Assembly: GCA_020353355.1 (NCBI GenBank)
Contig: CP070694.1
Span: forward strand, 2,447,026 to 2,511,025
Direction of reading: 5' to 3'
Source of the DNA: Desulfobacterales bacterium
GTDB lineage: Bacteria; Desulfobacterota; Desulfobacteria; Desulfobacterales; JAHEIW01
DNA length: 64,000 nt
Below the pieces are notes generated by a model. The model was not told where the DNA came from. It did no database searches and saw only the letters and a program-made list of their open reading frames with translations. A program made the position numbers and the translations under genes. Below are positions 52,695 through 61,363 of the stretch, piece after piece (position 1 is the stretch's first letter; the number at the start of each line of letters is the position of its first letter).

Positions 52695-53228
52695 TCACAT
52701 ACGGATGAAAGTAAAACTATTCACGAATTTCTCAAACGTTTTCAGATCTTTTTCAAAATATTCTATTTTTTTAGCGGTGTATCTCAGATTATAAAATATC
52801 TCACCTTTGATAAATCCATAGTAAAGGGTTTTGAAGTCCGAGCCATGTTGGTCTCTATAGGTAAATAAAATCTTAAACCCCTCCTGACCGTTGATTTTGG
52901 TTGGGGTGTTTTCGATTAACCGAAAATTAGATATATTGATATCGGAACTAATTTCATCCACAATGATACCGGCGACCTCCTGGGGCAACATGCTGCGTTT
53001 TAACTTTTTAAGGGTATGTTTGAAGGGCCTGTCAATCGGACGCTCTTGGATCAGGGCATACTGTTTATAGGCAATGTCTTTGGTAATAATAAGAAATTTA
53101 TCCGTATCCAGTTTCCTCCACCCCTCAGGAATATTGACTGAAAATGTGTAAGCGGGCTCCTCATTTTCAATTCCGTGCGTACAGCTGGCAATCAGAATAA
53201 GGAATATCCATAAAATCTTTTTCATCAT
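52695..53228 (-). CDS. lipoprotein of unknown function
   Basis: MMKKILWIFLILIASC lipobox. The ATG overlaps the stop of the M48 gene (ATGA). Confidence 0.6.
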   Translation of the reverse strand: MMKKILWIFLILIASCTHGIENEEPAYTFSVNIPEGWRKLDTDKFLIITKDIAYKQYALIQERPIDRPFKHTLKKLKRSMLPQEVAGIIVDEISSDINISNFRLIENTPTKINGQEGFKILFTYRDQHGSDFKTLYYGFIKGEIFYNLRYTAKKIEYFEKDLKTFEKFVNSFTFIRM

Positions 53229-54481
53229 CCTTCTCCGTCATTTACACATTGTTGGATATAGCCCTGGATATACGCTTTGTCTGGTGCATCAGGGGCCAAC
53301 AGCAGACAAGACTCAAAAAACCGCTTGGCCAGGGCTTTCTGGCCTTCTTTAAAATGGATCAACCCGATCGCTTTATGGGGTTCCGAATAAGATGGATCTA
53401 TGGAAATGGCCTTGTTATAATAAAATACCGCCATTTGTGCATCGTTTTCTTGCCCCCGCTGTCTCAATATTTCACCCATTAGATAGTAGGCCCGTGCATC
53501 GCCTTTTACGGCACGCAGGTATTTTTCCACGCCCTTTTGCGCCATCGCAAAACGGCCGATTCTAAGATCTAACCGGGCATTTTCCAAAATCACCGGATTT
53601 AACTTGGAAAGAAAGATTTCCGTGTTTTTGATACCGCCATGCTTGCCCTTGTACTTGGTTTCAAGCAACGCCTTGATCGTGTTCATTCGTGCAGAGACCG
53701 TCGGATGAGTTCCGAAAACATACGGTTCTTTTATTTGCTCGTATTCAATCTCTTTTTGGAGATGTTCAAAAAGTCGCAGCCCCTCATAAGGATCATAGTC
53801 CGCCATTACCACGTAGTCAAGTCCAACAATATCAGCCTCGGCTTCAAGGGCACGAGTATAGCCGGCCACCGCCACCATGGAACCGGCCGACCCCAGAAAT
53901 TGGGCGACCTCCTGAACCATGGGTAGACCGGCCAGAGTATGCTGGACCGAGGCCATGAATGCATTCTTATCCTTAATATTTCTGAAGGCTCGCAGGGCAT
54001 GTCGCTGGCTACAATGAGCCATTTCATGGGCGATGAGAGCGGCAAACTGAGCCTCGTTGTCCATGCGAGCCAGAAGGCCGGTATGGACATAAATCGTCCC
54101 GTTGGGAAAGGCAATCGCATTTAAATGGGTATCTTTTAAGACAAACACCTTAAAGGACAATTTTGCCGGTAAATCTGCTGGTTGCAGATTGCGAACAATT
54201 CGGCCCAAATAATCGGTGAGCATTGTATTCTTTAAAATGACCCCACTGGCATTGAAGGTATCCTGCCCTTTCAGCGACTCGCGCCAGATCATTTTTTCAT
54301 CTTCGCTGACGAGCAATTCTTCTTTGACGGGTACAAGCTTCGGAGCGGCACAGCCAAACGTCAAGAACAAAAGTCCCGGCAACAAGAGCAAAGACCAAAA
54401 TGCTGAACGGATAATAAATCGGGGCACGAGGTAATAGCGTTCCTTTACAATTTGTGGATTAATAATTAGATAATCGGTCAA
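53225..54481 (-). CDS. M48 family metalloprotease with C-terminal TPR repeats (BepA/YfgC-like), probable lipoprotein
   Basis: HEMAHCSQRH (HExxH). C-terminal TPR-like repeats. Lipobox LTFGC. The maximal ORF starts with TTG 54481 without an SD sequence; GTG 54427 (AAGGAA upstream) would give a standard 26-aa lipoprotein signal. Confidence 0.85.
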   Translation of the reverse strand: MTDYLIINPQIVKERYYLVPRFIIRSAFWSLLLLPGLLFLTFGCAAPKLVPVKEELLVSEDEKMIWRESLKGQDTFNASGVILKNTMLTDYLGRIVRNLQPADLPAKLSFKVFVLKDTHLNAIAFPNGTIYVHTGLLARMDNEAQFAALIAHEMAHCSQRHALRAFRNIKDKNAFMASVQHTLAGLPMVQEVAQFLGSAGSMVAVAGYTRALEAEADIVGLDYVVMADYDPYEGLRLFEHLQKEIEYEQIKEPYVFGTHPTVSARMNTIKALLETKYKGKHGGIKNTEIFLSKLNPVILENARLDLRIGRFAMAQKGVEKYLRAVKGDARAYYLMGEILRQRGQENDAQMAVFYYNKAISIDPSYSEPHKAIGLIHFKEGQKALAKRFFESCLLLAPDAPDKAYIQGYIQQCVNDGEG

Positions 54482-54608
54482 TTGGAGGCCAAACTTTAGT
54501 TGATTTTAGAAATGGCGTGGATTTTCCGGCTTTAGCGTAGAATTATCAGAACCGGGGCCTAATCGAGTGCAGAATAGGGGACCGCTGATATTGTGAAAAA
54601 TATGTCTC

Positions 54609-54630
54609 AATGTGCAAAGAAATTCACATT
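54609..54630 (+). promoter_or_regulatory. dyad AATGTG-N10-CACATT, possible enhancer (UAS) for the sigma-54 promoter
   Basis: aatgtgcaaagaaattcacatt, centred about 106 bp upstream of the -24 GG. The intervening DNA is AT-rich, including tttttatataaaaa. Confidence 0.35.
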
Positions 54631-54723
54631 ATTCAGTAAAAAACTCTTAATTTCATGAGTGGAAACCGAGGGGCTGAATATGTAACTATCTAATTTTTAT
54701 ATAAAAATAATTTTGCCCGGATG

Positions 54724-54739
54724 TGGCATGACTCTTGCT
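54724..54739 (+). promoter_or_regulatory. sigma-54 (-24/-12) promoter
   Basis: TGGCATGACTCTTGCT versus the consensus TGGCACG-N4-TTGCW: 15 of 16 defined or spaced positions match, with correct GG/GC spacing. It is 217 nt upstream of the small lipoprotein gene. Confidence 0.6.
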
Positions 54740-54955
54740 CTTATTGGTAACCTGAACCGCAAGATCATTGCTAGAATTGAATACAATCGTTAGTTTTGCT
54801 CTTTTGTTTTTGGGTAGATATTCTAAAAATTTCTTGCTCTAAACTCGTAATTGGTATATGGACTTTTAAAATACCATGATTATAGTATACCAAAGATTAA
54901 TTACTCTCGAGCATTGGGGACGGTGTTAATATAATTTTAAAAAGGAGGTAAGACG

Positions 54956-55162
54956 ATGAAAAAGTTAATTGTGTTGATTTTGCTGGCGTTACTGATTGGA
55001 GGTTGCTCTCCTGAGTTTTATAAGCACGATTCCATTTTTAAGGATTGGAGCCACTGGGGATTCAGCTGGTGGGGATACAGAAGTCCGGACGCTGAAGATG
55101 CAAGCAATTCTGCGGAAAATGGATGGTGGGGAGCTGAAATACCTTACATCCCTGCCGAATAA
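54956..55162 (+). CDS. small Trp-rich lipoprotein (68 aa)
   Basis: AAAGGAGG RBS 7 nt upstream. Signal plus lipobox LLIGGC. Mature part DWSHWGFSWWGYRS...NGWWGAEIPYIPAE contains six Trp. Confidence 0.65.
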   Translation: MKKLIVLILLALLIGGCSPEFYKHDSIFKDWSHWGFSWWGYRSPDAEDASNSAENGWWGAEIPYIPAE

Positions 55163-55286
55163 CGTCTATACCTGGAATTTAATTACCACAAAATATTTTA
55201 TTTCCGAATTACTCAGGGGATCCGTCTCCGAAACGAGTAAACCGATCTGAGTGGGTTCAATGCTTGGAATTGAAGCGTATTCAGTG

Positions 55287-55319
55287 AAAAAGGCGGTTCG
55301 TAGTGAACCGCCTTTTTTT
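55287..55319 (+). terminator. intrinsic terminator
   Basis: aggcggttc (55291-55299), gtagt loop, gaaccgcct (55305-55313), then TTTTTTT, with an A-tract before the stem. Confidence 0.85.
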
Positions 55320-55457
55320 ATGGCCAGAGATGAGCTCTACCGTGTCGTTCTTAAGTGGCAAATGGAATTATCTGCAACATATTGACAGCGAAGCCATTTG
55401 GCAATATATGTCATTTATCAAAAACCGAACACCCTTCAGACATTCGAGGTGAAAATA

Positions 55458-56336
55458 ATGCTGGCACCGCGATTGCTGATATGCATTATCCTGCTTTCCC
55501 TTCTGGGCGGTTTTCCCACCGCTTGTGCTACCCAAAAAAAACTAACCGTGGGTGCTACGGCTTCACTGTTGGAGGATATTGCCAAATCCGCTTACAAACA
55601 ATCCGATACTCGAGTTATTCGCGAAGGGATGCCGGCCTATCTGTTGCTCATGGATGGCATGGTGGAAGCCTGGCCGGATAATGAGCGACTTCTGGCTGCC
55701 GCTGCCCAGGGCTATGCCACCTTTGCATCGGCCTTCGTGGAGGTTGAGGATAAAGCCTACGCCATCGCACTGTATGAGAGGGCCAAAGATTATGCCTTGC
55801 GATCACTGCAGCAGATAGGCTTGAAAAACCCGGTATCCCAAACCTTTGAGAACTTTGAAGCCAGCCTGAACGGTTTGGGTAAGAAAGATGTCCCGTATAT
55901 GTTTTGGGCGGCTATGTGTTGGGGCAACTGGATACGGCTGAACATGGGATCCATGGAGGCCTTGGCCGAGCTGCCCCGGGTCGAATTGTTGATGAAAAGA
56001 GTGCTGGAGCTTGATGAAAAATTTTATTATGGCGGCCCCCATCTTTTTATGGGAGTATGGTATGCGTCTCGGCCCAAAATGGCAGGGGGTGACTTGAACG
56101 CGGCGCAAGCCCATTTTCTAAAGGCTATCGAACTGGGACACGGCAAATTTTTAATGGCCAACATTTATTACGCAGACCAGTACGCCAAGAAAACCTTTAA
56201 CAAGCAACTGTATATCTCAATTCTCGAGAAGGTCCTGCAAACACCGCCAGATAGCGTACCGGAGCTGACCTTGCTCAATACCGTAGCGCACAATAAAGCC
56301 AAGAAAATGATAGCTGAGGCTGATGAATATTTCTAA
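55458..56336 (+). CDS. tatT: TRAP transporter TatT-component (TPR-like lipoprotein)
   Basis: ATG 55458 (GAGGTG upstream). Lipobox LLGGFPTAC. All-helical TPR-like sequence with WAAMCWGNWI...LELDEKFYYGGPHLFMGVWY...NTVAHNKAKKM, characteristic of the TatT family. Directly precedes dctPQM. Confidence 0.75.
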   Translation: MLAPRLLICIILLSLLGGFPTACATQKKLTVGATASLLEDIAKSAYKQSDTRVIREGMPAYLLLMDGMVEAWPDNERLLAAAAQGYATFASAFVEVEDKAYAIALYERAKDYALRSLQQIGLKNPVSQTFENFEASLNGLGKKDVPYMFWAAMCWGNWIRLNMGSMEALAELPRVELLMKRVLELDEKFYYGGPHLFMGVWYASRPKMAGGDLNAAQAHFLKAIELGHGKFLMANIYYADQYAKKTFNKQLYISILEKVLQTPPDSVPELTLLNTVAHNKAKKMIAEADEYF

Positions 56337-56351
56337 AGGGGGAAAAAGCAG

Positions 56352-57380
56352 ATGAATAAACTGGTCAAGGCCAGAGCTGCCGGATGGTGTGTCGTGATCG
56401 GATGGTTTTTTCTGATAACCCCGCTTGCCGGATCACAAGAAGGCAATGTCCTCAAAATTGCCACGCTCGCTCCTGAAGGCAGCTCGTGGATTCAAACCCT
56501 GAACGCGCTCAACACCGAGATAGCAAAAAAAACAAACAACCACGTCCGCTTCAGGATATATCCGGGCGGCGTGTTGGGAGATGAAGGAGACATGCTGCGC
56601 AAGATGTATATTGGCCAAATTCACGGCGCAGCGCTCACATCATCCGGTCTGTCGTCTATATTTGAAGAAATGGATGTTTTTCAAATTCCCTTTCTTTTCC
56701 AGAAGTACCAGGAGGTGGATTATGTGATCGAAAAGATGGATGCTTTTTTCAAAAAGGGATTTAGCGACAAAGGCTATATCATGTTGGGATGGTCCGAAGG
56801 CGGATTTGTCCGCCTGATGTCAACGATCCCGGTTGACACGTTGGACAAACTGAAAAAAGCAAGGGTATGGACCTGGCCCGGTTCACCGATGACCAAAGCC
56901 ATTTTTGATGAAGCCCAGGTGGCGGGCATTCCCCTGTCTGTGCCGGATGTAATGATTGGGCTTCAAACCGGTTTGGTGGATGTCGTGTATGCGCCGCCAA
57001 GCGGAGCCATTGCCATGCAGTGGTTCACTAAGATAAAATATTGTACCGATGTTCCCCTCATCTATTTGGTCGGCGGACTCGTGCTAAAAAAAGATGTGTT
57101 TTCCAAGCTGCCAGCAAACTATCAGAGTGTATTAAGTGAAAGTTTTCAGCAGCATATGGACCAACTCAAACAGGTCATCCGCGAAGAAAACCAAGAAGCC
57201 TTAGCGGTGATGGCCAAACACGGGATAAAAATCTTAAAACCATCAGCGGATCAGGTCGACGAGTTCAAAGCGCTCTCCAATAGAGCCATGAATCATTTGG
57301 GTGAAAAAAGTTTTTCCAAAGAGGTCAGAGAAGAAGTGGAAAGACACCTAAAAGCATATCGTGGAGAGAAAAGTCAATGA
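56352..57380 (+). CDS. dctP: TRAP transporter substrate-binding protein (DctP/TatP type)
   Basis: Signal peptide. DctP-family fold motifs (LKIATLAPEGSSW..., YPGGVLGDE). Operon position. Confidence 0.85.
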   Translation: MNKLVKARAAGWCVVIGWFFLITPLAGSQEGNVLKIATLAPEGSSWIQTLNALNTEIAKKTNNHVRFRIYPGGVLGDEGDMLRKMYIGQIHGAALTSSGLSSIFEEMDVFQIPFLFQKYQEVDYVIEKMDAFFKKGFSDKGYIMLGWSEGGFVRLMSTIPVDTLDKLKKARVWTWPGSPMTKAIFDEAQVAGIPLSVPDVMIGLQTGLVDVVYAPPSGAIAMQWFTKIKYCTDVPLIYLVGGLVLKKDVFSKLPANYQSVLSESFQQHMDQLKQVIREENQEALAVMAKHGIKILKPSADQVDEFKALSNRAMNHLGEKSFSKEVREEVERHLKAYRGEKSQ

Positions 57381-57892
57381 ATCGATGGGATCGACTGGAT
57401 GATATCATCTCCCGGGTTGAAAAAATCCTTATCGTCTTTTTATTGAGCCTGATGATTGCGGTGGCTTTTTCGCAAATTATTTTGCGGAATTTTTTTGCTA
57501 CCGGTTTTTCCTGGGGAGATGTACTGGTCAGATATCTGGTCCTTTGGGTGGCATTTATCGGCGCAGCCCTGGCCACCAAAGAAGGCAAGCATATTAACAT
57601 AGAAGTGTTCTCACGCTGGGTATCCGCTAAAGGGAGAATCTACCTGAACGCAGCATCCCATTTATGTTCGTTAATTATTTGCGGCCTGCTGACCTTTGCC
57701 GCGCTAAAATTTATCCAACTCGAGGCCCAAATGGGAAGTACCACCTTTTTCAGGCTGCCGCTTTGGTTACCTGAATTAATCATCCCGATCACTTTTGGAG
57801 TAATGACCCTCCGATTCACCCTGCGCTGCGTTAAGGCATGCGCGCATAATCTCTTTCCGGATCTAGATTCGGGAAAAAATGACACGCTATGA
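57377..57892 (+). CDS. dctQ: TRAP transporter small permease
   Basis: 171 aa, four TM helices. 4-nt overlaps with the flanking genes. Confidence 0.85.
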   Translation: MNRWDRLDDIISRVEKILIVFLLSLMIAVAFSQIILRNFFATGFSWGDVLVRYLVLWVAFIGAALATKEGKHINIEVFSRWVSAKGRIYLNAASHLCSLIICGLLTFAALKFIQLEAQMGSTTFFRLPLWLPELIIPITFGVMTLRFTLRCVKACAHNLFPDLDSGKNDTL

Positions 57893-59151
57893 TCCTGCTG
57901 CTGACGGTTGTTCTAACCATTATCTTGATGTTTATCGGAGCGCCGATTTTTGTGGTGATTTCCGGCCTGGCGCTTTATTTATTTTCCGCCAATCAGATTG
58001 ACCTCTCGGCCGTCATTATTGAAATGCATCGCATGGCAACCACCCCGATTCTGGTGGCCGTCCCTCTTTTTACGTTTGCTGGATATCTCCTGTCTGAAAG
58101 CGGTGCGTCTAAAAGATTGATCCGGTTGTCCAATGCCGTTTTAGGCTGGCTGCCGGGCGGTTTATCGGTTATCGCTCTGATTACATGTGCTGTCTTCACA
58201 GCCCTCACCGGTGCCACCGGTTTGACAATCATTGCGCTGGGCGGTATCCTTCTGCCGGCCATGATGCGGGGGCGGTATCCGGAACTTTTTTCGCTCGGGC
58301 TGCTGACGACCTCCGGTACCTTGGGCCTTCTGTTTCCCCCAAGCTTGCCGCTGATTATTTATGCCATTGTGGCCAAGGTGAGAATTGATCAGCTTTTTAT
58401 TGCGGGTATTTTGCCTGGCATCCTTCTGGTCGTTTTGCTTTCGTCATTCAGTGTGATGCGATCCGTGCAGACGAAGGTGCCCAAAACCAAATTTCAATTG
58501 CGGGATCTCTTCATCGCTTTCAAAGAATCGATCTGGGAATTACCGTTGCCCATCGTGGTGCTGGGGGGCATTTACAGTGGCTACGTGGCCGTTAGCGAAG
58601 CCGCCGCGATCACTGCGGTTTATGTACTGCTGGTGGAAGTGGTCATATATCGGGATATCAAATTCAGAGAGCTGCCCGAGATCATGAAAAAAAGCATGGT
58701 TTTGGTGGGCGGGGTGCTCATCATTCTCGGGGCAGCCATGGGACTGACCAATTATTTGATTGATGCCGAAATCCCGATGCGAATGTTGGATTTTTTTGAA
58801 CTCCACATCGAAAGCCGCTTTCTTTTCCTGGTGGTACTCAATGTATTTCTGTTGATCGTGGGATGCACGATGGGGATATTCTCCGCCCTGGTGGTGGTGG
58901 TCCCGTTGCTGACGCCTATCGGCCAAGCCTATGGTATCGACCCGATTCATCTTGGGATTATCTTTCTCACCAATCTCGAGATCGGGGCCAGCCTCCCGCC
59001 CCTTGGAATCAATTTATTCATTTCCAGTATTCGATTTGAACGGCCGGTCTTGAAGTTATATACGGCCTGCCTTCCTTTTATCGCGATATTATTGCTTGGC
59101 CTTGCGATGATTACCTACTGGCCCTGGCTGAGCCTGGTGCTGATAAAATAA
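57889..59151 (+). CDS. dctM: TRAP transporter large permease
   Basis: 420 aa, about 12 TM helices. DctM-type sequence (LTGATG, LFPPSLPLIIY). Confidence 0.9.
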   Translation: MILLLTVVLTIILMFIGAPIFVVISGLALYLFSANQIDLSAVIIEMHRMATTPILVAVPLFTFAGYLLSESGASKRLIRLSNAVLGWLPGGLSVIALITCAVFTALTGATGLTIIALGGILLPAMMRGRYPELFSLGLLTTSGTLGLLFPPSLPLIIYAIVAKVRIDQLFIAGILPGILLVVLLSSFSVMRSVQTKVPKTKFQLRDLFIAFKESIWELPLPIVVLGGIYSGYVAVSEAAAITAVYVLLVEVVIYRDIKFRELPEIMKKSMVLVGGVLIILGAAMGLTNYLIDAEIPMRMLDFFELHIESRFLFLVVLNVFLLIVGCTMGIFSALVVVVPLLTPIGQAYGIDPIHLGIIFLTNLEIGASLPPLGINLFISSIRFERPVLKLYTACLPFIAILLLGLAMITYWPWLSLVLIK

Positions 59152-59285
59152 CCCTCAGACAACCGGGTCCTGTCCTTAAATGGCCTTCATGTCGGCGACA
59201 GCACTTCTTATACTTGTCTACGATGATTTATAACGCTATAGTTGCCCATTGACACGAAAGAGAGTGTTCTTAGTTTCAAAACGTT

Positions 59286-59552
59286 ATGGAAATAAACGAC
59301 AAGCAGGACAAGAAAAGCCACCCCATCAGCACCCTGTGGTGGGTTAAGCAGATTGCGTTAATAAGCATCGGGGGCTTTTACCTCTATTTCGGGGTGCATT
59401 TACTGATCGCCTCCTACCAGATGAATAATCCGTTTTCGTTTATCCTGACGTTTTTTGCCTCCAATTTTATCATTCTTATCAGCGGCGCCCTTCTGGTTGG
59501 CTTTATTTATCGGATAATTGCGGTGTTTAGGTATTTTAAAAATATTACATGA
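59286..59552 (+). CDS. small membrane protein (2-3 TM), unknown function
   Basis: 88-aa ORF with clear hydrophobic helices, located between the TRAP operon and the acyl-CoA ligase gene. No strong SD sequence. Confidence 0.45.
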   Translation: MEINDKQDKKSHPISTLWWVKQIALISIGGFYLYFGVHLLIASYQMNNPFSFILTFFASNFIILISGALLVGFIYRIIAVFRYFKNIT

Positions 59553-59572
59553 GTGATTTAAAGGAGGATTCA

Positions 59573-61219
59573 ATGGCGCAAAATAGGTTTGAAGCCGGAG
59601 TACATTATCCATATCAATTAAACATAAAAAAAATATTGAAAACCCCGCTGATTTATTCTCCGCAGCAGGAAATCGTTTACAGCGACAAACATCGCTATGA
59701 CTATAGAGACTTGAATCAGCGTATTGGCAAGCTCGCCAATGGCCTCGAACAACTGGGAACTCGAATCGGCGACACCATCGCCGTTTTTGATTACGACAGC
59801 CACCGCTATTTGGAATGCTTTTTTGCCATTCCCATGATGGGTTCGGTGCTCCAGACAGTCAACTGGAGACTGTCGGCAGATCAGATTGTGTACACCATCA
59901 ATCATGCCGGAGCGAAAACAATCATCATCAACGCCGATTTTATCTCGATCTTGGAAACCATCTGGCCCAACCTGCAAACCGTCAAACATGTTGTCGTTAT
60001 TGCTGAAAGCGGGGATAGGCCGGACACCAAGATCCCCATTGATGGCGAATATGAAAATATGCTGCATTCGGCATCAGCTGAATTTAGTTTCCCGGATCTG
60101 GATGAATACACCAAAGCCACCACCTTTTACACCACCGGCACCACCGGCAATCCCAAAGGCGTCCACTTTTCCCACCGACAGCTCATGCTCCACACCCTGG
60201 CGGTGGCAGCATTTCATGGCAGCTACCACAGCATGTGCCGCTTCAGATCAAATGACGTCTATATGCCGCTGACCCCAATGTTTCACGTTCATGCTTGGGG
60301 CTTTCCTTACGTGGCCACCTTGCTGGGTGCCAAGCAGGTTTACCCTGGGCAATATGAGCCGCAAAAAATTCTAAAGTTGATTGAATCCGAAAAGGTCACA
60401 TTTTCCCACTGCGTCCCCACAATACTGCAGATGGTGCTCAATTGCCCGGCTGTCAAACACACCGATTTATCCAATTGGAAAATCATTATCGGCGGCGCCA
60501 GATTGCCGAAAGGTCTGGCCAAAGAAGCCATGGATCTCGGTGTTGAGATTAATGCGGGCTACGGAATGTCGGAAACCTGCCCGGTCATGTGCTCGGCAGC
60601 CCCCAACGAGCATATGCTGGATTGGGAGGATGATAAATTGCTCGATGTCATTATCAAAACCGGCAAGCCGATTCCGCTGTCTGAGATCGAAGTGATGGAT
60701 GCTGACGGCAAGATCCTGCCTCATGATGGACGTTCGACCGGCGAAGTCGTCATGCGCTCACCCTGGCTGACGAAAAGCTATTTTAAGGAGCCGGAAAAGA
60801 CCGAGGAACTCTGGCGCCACGGTTGGCTGCACAGTGGTGATGTGGGCTTCATTGATGAGGCCGGATATCTGCAAATTACCGACAGAATCAAAGATGTGAT
60901 CAAAAGCGGCGGTGAATGGGTATCTTCCTTGGATCTTGAAAATTTTATGAGCCAGCATGAGGCCGTGTTGGAATCCGCAGCTATCGGTGTGCCGGATGAG
61001 AAATGGGGCGAAAGACCGCTGATGATCATCACTCTTAAGCCGCAATATCAGGGTAAGGTAAAGGAAGAGGAACTCAAGGAGTTTATGAAACAATTTGCCG
61101 TAAAAGGCAAATTGCCCAAATACGGGGTTCCCGACCGTTATGTATTGGTCGATGCGATTCCGAAAACCAGTGTGGGCAAATTAGACAAAAAAGTACTTCG
61201 CAAAGCGTATCATGAGTAA
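59573..61219 (+). CDS. AMP-dependent acyl-CoA synthetase (fatty-acid/medium-chain CoA ligase-like)
   Basis: ATG 59573 with AAAGGAGG upstream. AMP-binding motif YTTGTTGNPKGV, GYGMSET, SGDVGFIDEAGYLQITDRIKDVI, and a C-terminal ...VGKLDKK. Confidence 0.9.
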   Translation: MAQNRFEAGVHYPYQLNIKKILKTPLIYSPQQEIVYSDKHRYDYRDLNQRIGKLANGLEQLGTRIGDTIAVFDYDSHRYLECFFAIPMMGSVLQTVNWRLSADQIVYTINHAGAKTIIINADFISILETIWPNLQTVKHVVVIAESGDRPDTKIPIDGEYENMLHSASAEFSFPDLDEYTKATTFYTTGTTGNPKGVHFSHRQLMLHTLAVAAFHGSYHSMCRFRSNDVYMPLTPMFHVHAWGFPYVATLLGAKQVYPGQYEPQKILKLIESEKVTFSHCVPTILQMVLNCPAVKHTDLSNWKIIIGGARLPKGLAKEAMDLGVEINAGYGMSETCPVMCSAAPNEHMLDWEDDKLLDVIIKTGKPIPLSEIEVMDADGKILPHDGRSTGEVVMRSPWLTKSYFKEPEKTEELWRHGWLHSGDVGFIDEAGYLQITDRIKDVIKSGGEWVSSLDLENFMSQHEAVLESAAIGVPDEKWGERPLMIITLKPQYQGKVKEEELKEFMKQFAVKGKLPKYGVPDRYVLVDAIPKTSVGKLDKKVLRKAYHE

Positions 61220-61267
61220 ACTTCAAAGCCAGAATTATAAGATAATCAAATATCATGTGCTTTCCCA

Positions 61268-61338
61268 GTGGGAGCGGCTTCCAAACGCGATAAACGGTCC
61301 AACAAGCAAAACCCATCGCGGCTGGAAGCCGCTCCCAC
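61268..61338. repeat. REP-like inverted pair (GTGGGAGCGGCTTCCA...TGGAAGCCGCTCCCAC)
   Basis: Perfect 16-bp inverted repeat (61268-61283 and 61323-61338). It is extended by cgcgat/atcgcg (61286-61291 and 61315-61320) across a 2x2 internal loop. Apical loop is 23 nt. The right copy is itself a small hairpin (gcggct gga agccgc). Confidence 0.85.
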
Positions 61339-61363
61339 GATTGAAAGATAAAAGGAGGATTGT

